Notes under the pieces: generated by a model | The model's database searches: none | What the model saw: only the letters and a program-made list of their open reading frames with translations | What the model was told of the DNA's origin: nothing | Source of the DNA: a bacterium | GTDB taxonomy: Bacteria; Patescibacteriota; Minisyncoccia; Phycocordibacterales; Phycocordibacteraceae | Assembly: GCA_021802705.1 (NCBI GenBank) | Contig: JAJZRL010000002.1 | Location: forward strand, 91,024 to 155,023 | Length of the DNA: 64,000 nucleotides | Reading direction: 5' to 3' | Shown here: positions 57,636-64,000 of the stretch, piece after piece | Position numbering within the stretch: position 1 is the stretch's first letter | How the letters are laid out: every line of letters begins with the position of its first letter | Translations under genes and position numbers: made by a program

Positions 57636-58217
57636 ATGACGGATAACACGCTCGTCTTCTTTGTCGGGAAACCCGGTTCCGGAAAGAGCACGCAGGCAAA
57701 ATTCCTCGCGAGCCAGACCGGATGGAAAGCTTTTACTTCCGGCGATCTTTTCCGAGAGATCGCGCAAGAAGATACTCCGGTCGGACGGAAGGTAAAAGGG
57801 GAAAATGATGCCGGGCTCCTGCAGCCCCACTGGTTCGCCATTTACCTCTACCTGAACTCGCTCTTCTCCGTTCCCGAGGACACCGGCGCCATTTTCGACG
57901 GTTTCAGCAGGAAGGTTTCCGAAGCGGAGCTTGTCGTCGATTCGCTTCGATGGCTTGATCGCCCGTTTTCTGTCCTGCATCTCGTTGTTTCCGACGAGGA
58001 AGTCCGTCGCCGTCTTGAGGACAGAGGGAAGGTTTCCGGCCGTGTCGACGACCACGTCATCGATGAACGTCTGGAAGAGTATTATCGGCACACCGAACCG
58101 GCGATAGGGACATTCCGGAACGCAGACGTCCTTATCGACATCGATGGCGAGCAGACGCAAGAGCAGATCGCTGCTGTTGTCCGTAAGACGCTTGGTCTCG
58201 ATGATCGTCAAGGATAA
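57636..58217 (+). CDS. adk: adenylate kinase family NMP kinase
   Basis: GKPGSGKSTQ, SGDLFR and FDGFSR motifs; directly after secY. Confidence 0.9.
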   Translation: MTDNTLVFFVGKPGSGKSTQAKFLASQTGWKAFTSGDLFREIAQEDTPVGRKVKGENDAGLLQPHWFAIYLYLNSLFSVPEDTGAIFDGFSRKVSEAELVVDSLRWLDRPFSVLHLVVSDEEVRRRLEDRGKVSGRVDDHVIDERLEEYYRHTEPAIGTFRNADVLIDIDGEQTQEQIAAVVRKTLGLDDRQG

Positions 58218-58968
58218 CCGCACACGGGAGAATCTTATCGAGGCGGGGCGGCGCCTCGCCGAAGTGCTCGAAACGCTTCGCGGCAGAACTGTGCCGGGAG
58301 TAACGGCCGAAGAGCTCGACGACCTCGCGGAACGGCTCATCCGAGAGGGTGGCGACGAACCGGCCTTTCTCGGCTATTCTCCGGAGGGCGCGATCCGTCC
58401 GTACCCGGCGACGCTGTGCGTTTCGGTGAACAGCGAGGTCGTGCACGGCATTCCGAATGAGTCCCGAAAGACTCTGCGTGAGGGTGACATCGTGAGTCTC
58501 GACCTCGGGCTTTCGCATGAGGGCATCATCGTCGATGCGGCCATAACGGTGCCGGTCGGACGCGTGAGCGACCTCTCGAAAAAACTGCTTTCTTCGACCG
58601 AGGCCGCGCTTGCCGCAGGTATCGCGAAAGCTCTCCCCGGGAACCGCGTCGGCGACATATCGCACGCCATAGGCGAGACGATCGAACGGGCCGGATTCGC
58701 GGTCGTGAAAGATCTCGGCGGGCACGGTGTCGGCGATCTCGTTCACGAAGAGCCGTTCATTCCGAACTACGGCCGCGAGGGTTCGGGGCCGCTGCTTTAC
58801 GAGGGTATGGTGCTCGCGCTCGAGCCTATCTCGAGCGCCGGCAAGGCCGCGATCCTCCTTGCGCCTGACGGATACACCTACAGGACCAGGGACGGCTCCC
58901 TCTCCGCGCATTTCGAGCACACGATCCTTATCGAAAAGGACGGCCCGCTTGTCGTAACCCGGCAGTAG
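58201..58968 (+). CDS. map: type I methionine aminopeptidase
   Basis: SVNSEVVHGIP, GHGVG, HEEP, ALEP and SAHFEHT motifs. Confidence 0.97.
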   Translation: MIVKDNRTRENLIEAGRRLAEVLETLRGRTVPGVTAEELDDLAERLIREGGDEPAFLGYSPEGAIRPYPATLCVSVNSEVVHGIPNESRKTLREGDIVSLDLGLSHEGIIVDAAITVPVGRVSDLSKKLLSSTEAALAAGIAKALPGNRVGDISHAIGETIERAGFAVVKDLGGHGVGDLVHEEPFIPNYGREGSGPLLYEGMVLALEPISSAGKAAILLAPDGYTYRTRDGSLSAHFEHTILIEKDGPLVVTRQ

Positions 58969-59041
58969 CATTTTCGCGGCGCTTCAGTATATACTGGAGA
59001 GCATTCGCGCCCTGTCGCGATTTATTTTTAGTCTATATAGC

Positions 59042-59629
59042 ATGGCGAACAAGCACCTGATCAAAGAAGAGAAGACCTATGTGATGATAAAGCCGGACGG
59101 GGTGAAGAAAGGCCTCATCGGAGAGGTCATCAAGCGTTTCGAGCAGCGCGATCTCAAGATCGTCGCTCTTGAGATGTTCCAGCCGACCTTCGAAGAGATT
59201 GATAACCACTATCCGAAGGATCCCGCGTGGGTGAAGCGTCTCGGCGAAAAGACACTCGCCACGTATGAGAAGTATCAGTTCGATGCCATGGAAGATTTCG
59301 GCACGACCGCTCCGGAAGAGATCGGTCCCGAGATCCGCACCTGGCTCGTCGATTACATGCTTTCAGCGCCCCTGGTAAAGATGGTGGTCGAAGGGACGCA
59401 TGCGGTTGATATGGTGCGGAAAATATGCGGCCCTACGATGCCGTACCAGGCGGACATGGGAACCCTTCGCGGCGATTTCTCGAACGATTCTCCCGCGCTC
59501 GCGAACGCCGAAAAGCGTGCGGTAGCGAATATCGTGCACGCATCCGAAACGCCGGAAGAGGCTCTGCACGAGATAGAGCACTGGTTCGGAGGGAAGCCCC
59601 TGCATCGCTACAAGAGGCATGGCGACTAG
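59042..59629 (+). CDS. ndk: nucleoside diphosphate kinase
   Basis: EKTYVMIKPDGV, GTLRGDF and NIVHASE motifs. Confidence 0.95.
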   Translation: MANKHLIKEEKTYVMIKPDGVKKGLIGEVIKRFEQRDLKIVALEMFQPTFEEIDNHYPKDPAWVKRLGEKTLATYEKYQFDAMEDFGTTAPEEIGPEIRTWLVDYMLSAPLVKMVVEGTHAVDMVRKICGPTMPYQADMGTLRGDFSNDSPALANAEKRAVANIVHASETPEEALHEIEHWFGGKPLHRYKRHGD

Positions 59630-59656
59630 CGTTTCGAAAAAGAGTATACTTGTGCA

Positions 59657-59801
59657 GGAGCCGTTCTTAAAAACGCAACTTGTCATATTTTAGGGAAGCC
59701 TTACCGCATTCAGGCGCGCCTGGCGAATCCTGTAAGGAATCCGATGGCCGCCGTTCAGGCACCCACCTGGCAAACAAGAGTTGCCGATAAGGAATGGCTC
59801 C
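59657..59801 (+). ncRNA. ssrS: probable 6S RNA
   Basis: TATACT -10 at 59645-50. End pairing GGAGCCGTTC/GAATGGCTCC and inner pairing GCAACT/AGTTGC. Central bubble with TTTAGGGAAGCC and GGCACCCACCTG. Terminator follows. Confidence 0.78.
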
Positions 59802-59841
59802 GCGAAAATCCCGCCTCGAATATCGAGGCGGGATTTTCGCG
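59801..59841 (+). terminator. long hairpin terminator after 6S RNA
   Basis: CGCGAAAATCCCGCCTCGA-ATA-TCGAGGCGGGATTTTCGCG. Confidence 0.75.
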
Positions 59842-59867
59842 TACCGGCGTATGGTAGAGTTCGGGTA

Positions 59868-61253
59868 ATGGCATTGCGGATCGGCTTTTTCGGCGGCGCG
59901 GGGAAGGTGACCGGATCGAATTTCCTCATCGAGAGCGCGCGTGCGAAGGTGCTCGTCGACTGCGGCATCGAGCAGGGAGAAGACGCGTGCCTGCCGTGCA
60001 TGCGCGAAGCATTCCCCTACGACCCCAAAAGCATCGACGCTCTTTTCGTCACGCATGCGCACCTCGACCACGTCGGCCGCATCCCGAAGCTCGTCGCGGA
60101 CGGGTTTCGCGGAGCCATATACCTGACGCCTCCCACCCGCGATCTCACGGAGCTTATCTTGCGGGACGCCGCGCATATACTTGCGGAACGCGCGCGGCAG
60201 GAAAACGTGCCGCCGCTCTACGGCCTCCCGGACGTCGAGGCCGCGCTTTCACTCATGCAGCCGCTTGCCTTCCACGAAGAACGCGAGGCGGCTCCCGGGC
60301 TCTCCGGGTTGCTGCGCACCACCGGGCACATCTTGGGGTCCGCGAGCGTGCGGATCAAGGACGAGGACGGAACCTCGATCGCGATTACGGGCGACATCGG
60401 GAACTCGCCGTCACCCCTGCTTCCGGACTGGGAACCGATACCGGATGCCGATGCCATCGTCATGGAAAGCGTCTACGGCGACCGGCTCCATCCGCCGCGC
60501 GAAACGCGCGTCGCGGCGCTCCGAGAGGGTCTCTCTCGCGCGCTTAAGAAAGGCGGCACCGTGCTCATGCCCGCCTTCTCGCTTGAACGCACGCAACTCA
60601 TGCTCTACGAGCTTTCGAATTTCTTTACGGCGGGCGAATTGCCCGAAGTGCTGGTCTTTCTCGATTCGCCGCTTGCCGCGAAAGTAACGGCTGTCTATGA
60701 GAAGTGGGGCGGGACGTACTTCAAGGAAGCCGCCGAGGACGAAATGAGGCGGGAAGGGAGCGTCTTCGAGTTTCCGTTCCTGAAAAAAACGCTCTCACAC
60801 GAAGAATCGAACGCCATCGAAGCGGTACCGGGACCGAAGATCATCATCGCCGGCGCCGGCATGAGCCATGGCGGCCGCATCGGGAAGTGGGAGGAAAAGT
60901 ATCTACCCGATCCGAAGACGACGCTCTTTATCGTGGGGTACCAGGCGCCCGGGAGTCCCGGACGACGGCTCGCCGAAGGCACGCGAAGCGTGCGCGTAAA
61001 CGGCGTACAGGTGAGCGTACGCGCGTCGGTCGAGGTACTCGAAGGCTGGTCGGCGCACGCCGATCGCGACGGGCTTCTCGATTTCGCGCAGGCGTGTGTG
61101 CCGCAACCGAAGATGATTTTCGCCGCGCTTGGCGAACCTGCTTCAGAGCGATTCCTCGCCCAGCGCCTCCACGACTATCTCGGCGCACGCGCCTCTGTCG
61201 CCGAATCTGGGGCGACATGGGAGGTTACGAAGCAGGCAGTCACGCGCCTTTGA
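59868..61253 (+). CDS. MBL-fold beta-CASP RNA-metabolising hydrolase
   Basis: GGAGKVTGS, THAHLDHVG, GHILGS, MESVYG and WSAHAD motifs. Confidence 0.93.
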   Translation: MALRIGFFGGAGKVTGSNFLIESARAKVLVDCGIEQGEDACLPCMREAFPYDPKSIDALFVTHAHLDHVGRIPKLVADGFRGAIYLTPPTRDLTELILRDAAHILAERARQENVPPLYGLPDVEAALSLMQPLAFHEEREAAPGLSGLLRTTGHILGSASVRIKDEDGTSIAITGDIGNSPSPLLPDWEPIPDADAIVMESVYGDRLHPPRETRVAALREGLSRALKKGGTVLMPAFSLERTQLMLYELSNFFTAGELPEVLVFLDSPLAAKVTAVYEKWGGTYFKEAAEDEMRREGSVFEFPFLKKTLSHEESNAIEAVPGPKIIIAGAGMSHGGRIGKWEEKYLPDPKTTLFIVGYQAPGSPGRRLAEGTRSVRVNGVQVSVRASVEVLEGWSAHADRDGLLDFAQACVPQPKMIFAALGEPASERFLAQRLHDYLGARASVAESGATWEVTKQAVTRL

Positions 61254-61350
61254 ATCTTTGAATATGGAAGCGGCGCACGGTCTCAATGTCTGTGGAAACT
61301 GCGGAGCATGACGGAAAAACGGTGCCGCGATTCAAATACGTCGGCAAATA

Positions 61351-61377
61351 AAAAACCGCCCTCTCGGGGCGGTTTTT
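61351..61377. terminator. bidirectional terminator between the MBL gene and rplT
   Basis: AAAAACCGCCC-TCTCG-GGGCGGTTTTT. Confidence 0.8.
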
Positions 61378-61381
61378 CGGC

Positions 61382-61753
61382 TTATGCCGCAACTTTGCTC
61401 GCGATGCGAGCGAACGTTTCAGGATGCTCGGCGGCAAACTCGGCAAGGACCTTGCGGTTGAGCGCGATGTTTTTCTTCTTCAGTGCGTTAATGAAAACGC
61501 TGTAGGACATGGGGCGATTCCCCTCCTGTACGGGCATGGTTTCGCGGATGGCGGCATTCAGACGTACGATCCAAAGCTGGCGGAATGCTGTCTTTTTGTC
61601 GCGTCGATGAGCGAAAGCGTATTTGCCGGCGCGCATGAGCGCTTCGTGCGCATAGCGCTCTTTCTTTGAACGTACGCCTCGATAGCCTTTCGCCCTCTCA
61701 AGGATGTTTTTGCGGCGTTTCTGCGCCATGACGCCCCCTTTCACTCGTGTCAT
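61382..61753 (-). CDS. rplT: 50S ribosomal protein L20
   Basis: MTRVKGG, AKGYRG, FRQLWIVRLNA and LNRKVLAE motifs. Confidence 0.97.
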   Translation of the reverse strand: MTRVKGGVMAQKRRKNILERAKGYRGVRSKKERYAHEALMRAGKYAFAHRRDKKTAFRQLWIVRLNAAIRETMPVQEGNRPMSYSVFINALKKKNIALNRKVLAEFAAEHPETFARIASKVAA

Positions 61754-61780
61754 ATTGAAATTGTTATGCTAATGAGATTG

Positions 61781-61966
61781 TTAAGTGCCGGGGAGGAAAC
61801 GCCGCTTGACCCGGGCAGAGAGAACGAGCGAAACGGCGGCGCGCTTGCTTCTGCGCGTGTTGCCGCTCTGTTTTGCGTTGAAATGGTTTTGGCCGGGTTT
61901 GCGCGCGACGAGCTTTCCCGTGCGTGTTACGCGAATCCGTTTTGAATATGATTTATTGGTTTTCAT
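61781..61966 (-). CDS. rpmI: 50S ribosomal protein L35
   Basis: MKTNKSYSKR...TGK; lies between infC and rplT. Confidence 0.93.
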   Translation of the reverse strand: MKTNKSYSKRIRVTRTGKLVARKPGQNHFNAKQSGNTRRSKRAAVSLVLSARVKRRFLPGT

Positions 61967-62522
61967 GAAGTTGTTGCTGTCCTTTTTCTTCGTGTTTCTG
62001 CTTTGCCGATGGATCGCGCTCGATAACGCAGGCGAAACCTTTCGGGCTTCTCGTGATCGGTTCGGCGATCTTATAAGCGTACGGTACGCGCAAGAGAAAC
62101 TTCTCGAGGCGGCCCTTGAGGAACTCCTCGCTCATGCCTTTATAACGGCCTTTGAGGAAGAGCTCTGCGCGTACCCGGTGCCCTTCGGAAAGCCACTCGG
62201 CGACTTTCTTTGCTTTGAGAAGCATGTCATTGTCGCCGGTGCCGACCTTGATCTGTATTTCCTTGGTTTCTGAGGTCTTGACCTTGGCTTTTGCTACCTT
62301 TTCTTTTTTGCTACGCTCGTACTCAAATTTACCATAATCTGTGATCTTCGCAACGGGCGGGACCGCCGACGGAGAAATCTCTATGAGGTCGAGCGCCGCA
62401 GCTTTTGCCGCGGCGAGAGCGTCTTCAAGCGAAAGAACGCCGAGATTCTGTCCTTCGGCGCCGATAACGCGCAGTTCAGACGCGCGGATCTCGTTATTGA
62501 TACGGAGTCGTTCGGTAGTCAC
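61953..62522 (-). CDS. infC: translation initiation factor IF-3 (GTG start)
   Basis: RINNEIRASELRVIG and PPVAKITDYGKF motifs; an in-frame TGA lies three codons upstream of the GTG. Confidence 0.96.
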   Translation of the reverse strand: MTTERLRINNEIRASELRVIGAEGQNLGVLSLEDALAAAKAAALDLIEISPSAVPPVAKITDYGKFEYERSKKEKVAKAKVKTSETKEIQIKVGTGDNDMLLKAKKVAEWLSEGHRVRAELFLKGRYKGMSEEFLKGRLEKFLLRVPYAYKIAEPITRSPKGFACVIERDPSAKQKHEEKGQQQLHENQ

Positions 62523-62567
62523 TGGGAGTCAATCAATCTTAACACTGGAAGAGAGCGCGGCGCAAGG

Positions 62568-63476
62568 TCATCGCGATATCTGAGTCGGGCTTGAGAGGAT
62601 CATCTCGGCGCGGTCTTGATAGGAGGATATTTTCCCGGTGAGGAAAACGGTCGTCCCCGTATAGCGGGAAAGGTCGCCGAATTTCTTCACGTCGTCGGCG
62701 AAGATGACGCCCGAGAAGGGGCAGCTCTTGTAATCACGGCAGAAGTCGAGGAAGACCGTGCCGTTTTTGGAAACGTAGGTATCGGCGATCACGCCGCGTA
62801 CGGAGGCGTACTCGCCGACGTGTGACGGCGCGTCGGCGTAGCCTATCGTCCCGATAAAAACGGGCGCGGCCGCTTGCGCGGCCGCGTTCCTTTCGTAAGC
62901 GTCGAGCAGTCGTTTCAGTATAGTTTCGTATGTTTGCCGAAGCGCAGGGTCGGTGCCTATCTCGAGCAGCTCGTCGTTTTCAGTCGTGGCGGAATTCGTC
63001 CAGTTGTAGCTGCCGAGCGCATAGGCGGAATCCGTAACGATCGCCTTTATGTGCATGATGCCGTTCCCATCGGCGTGCTTCTCCGTCTCGATGGGGATAC
63101 CGGCTCGCGTAAGTTCGGCGATGATGGGCTTGTCGTAGCTGTTCGCGCTCTCTCCGGCGTCGACGAGTCCGCGCACCTCGACCCCGCGTTTTTTCGCCGC
63201 CACGAGCGCGTCGGCGATATCGCGGAGCGTGAATTCGTACATGGCGAAGTAGATGCGGCTCTTCGCGGCGTCGATGAGCGCGATGATCTCCTTGTCGTTC
63301 TGTTTTTTGTCGAGGCTGTAGATAACGCGGACGGAGCCGGGCGGCGGAGCCGCGATGGTCTGGTCGGGTATGACGACGTCCGCATCCCGGGGCGAGCTGC
63401 CTGTCGCGTACCCGACCCCTCCGGAGGCAAGCGCAAGGACGCCTGCAAGCGCAGCCCGAGCCATTTTATGATGCAT
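62568..63476 (-). CDS. exported PLD-superfamily (Nuc-like) protein with a C-terminal OB-fold-like domain
   Basis: Signal/anchor peptide, AMYEFT, a single HIKAIVTD...GSYNWT HKD motif and an N..E motif; start 63476 or 63464. Confidence 0.85.
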   Translation of the reverse strand: MHHKMARAALAGVLALASGGVGYATGSSPRDADVVIPDQTIAAPPPGSVRVIYSLDKKQNDKEIIALIDAAKSRIYFAMYEFTLRDIADALVAAKKRGVEVRGLVDAGESANSYDKPIIAELTRAGIPIETEKHADGNGIMHIKAIVTDSAYALGSYNWTNSATTENDELLEIGTDPALRQTYETILKRLLDAYERNAAAQAAAPVFIGTIGYADAPSHVGEYASVRGVIADTYVSKNGTVFLDFCRDYKSCPFSGVIFADDVKKFGDLSRYTGTTVFLTGKISSYQDRAEMILSSPTQISR

Positions 63477-63497
63477 GGCATCAAGTATACTGCGTCT

Positions 63498-64000
63498 ATG
63501 GCGCTCGTATTCGATATCGAGACGGTCGGCGAATCGTGGGACTCGCTCGACGCGGATACGCAAAGCAATCTTTCGTGGTGGCTGCGCGAATCGGCGCGCA
63601 CCGAAGAAGAGTTCGAATTCGAGATGAAGGAGATCAAAGAGGGGATGGGGCTTTCTCCCTTGACCGGCTTCATCGTCGCTATCGGCGCCTACGACTCCGA
63701 GCGGGAGCGGGGCGCCGTATATTTTTCCGCCCCGGATACGGAACAGGATGTTCTCGAAGAGGGCGGTATCAAGTACGAACCTATGGACGAGAAGGGGATG
63801 CTTGAACAGTTCTGGAAGATCGCCGCCGCCTGTACGGAATTCGTCTCCTTCAACGGCCGCAGCTTCGACGCGCCCTTCCTCGCGATCCGCTCGATGGTGC
63901 ACGGGGTGAGGCCCACGAAAGACCTCCTTTCAAACCGATATCTCTCTCTACAGCGCGGATGCGCCCACATCGACCTTATGGACCAGCTCACCTTCTATGG
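63498..64000 (+). CDS. RNase H-like / PolB-type 3'-5' exonuclease (partial, runs off window)
   Basis: Manual translation: MALVFDIETVG...SPLTGFIVAIG...FVSFNGRSFDAPFL...HIDLMDQLTFY. Confidence 0.9.
   Translation, partial: MALVFDIETVGESWDSLDADTQSNLSWWLRESARTEEEFEFEMKEIKEGMGLSPLTGFIVAIGAYDSERERGAVYFSAPDTEQDVLEEGGIKYEPMDEKGMLEQFWKIAAACTEFVSFNGRSFDAPFLAIRSMVHGVRPTKDLLSNRYLSLQRGCAHIDLMDQLTFY

Noticed and set aside
62520-62535. Canonical ATT start for infC
   Set aside because: The in-frame ATT upstream is separated by a TGA stop, so GTG 62522 is the usable start.

Overview
Core chromosomal segment of a Candidate Phyla Radiation bacterium, most likely Parcubacteria. This assignment is inferred from the absence of rpmD/L30 in the spc cluster, CPR-style hypothetical genes and use of genetic code 11. 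In order the window holds: recJ, HIT, pgk/tpiA, a type IV pilus cluster, nusA-ppa-clpP-rny-HU, an orphan protein with clan-CD cysteine-peptidase motifs, four tRNAs, cca, xth, a Xer recombinase, rpsO, a 41-proline membrane protein, DksA, ComM, a LysM/M23 peptidase, UvrD and rsmA. It continues with a four-gene VirB6-like cluster, a fragmented str/S10/spc ribosomal region, ndk, a probable 6S RNA, a beta-CASP hydrolase, infC-rpmI-rplT, a PLD-family protein and a partial 3'-5' exonuclease. The strongest signals not explained by gene calls are: (1) parS sites written into the cca coding sequence next to a DnaA box and an unknown TAAAGGAC motif; (2) pervasive leaderless promoter architecture; (3) a palindromic -35 shared between fusA and an antisense microprotein; (4) structured 5' leaders; (5) a non-canonical start for the M23 gene; (6) an S12 with a K->R substitution plus a Pro deletion. 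No CRISPR array, prophage or IS element was seen. All motif and structure calls were made by eye.
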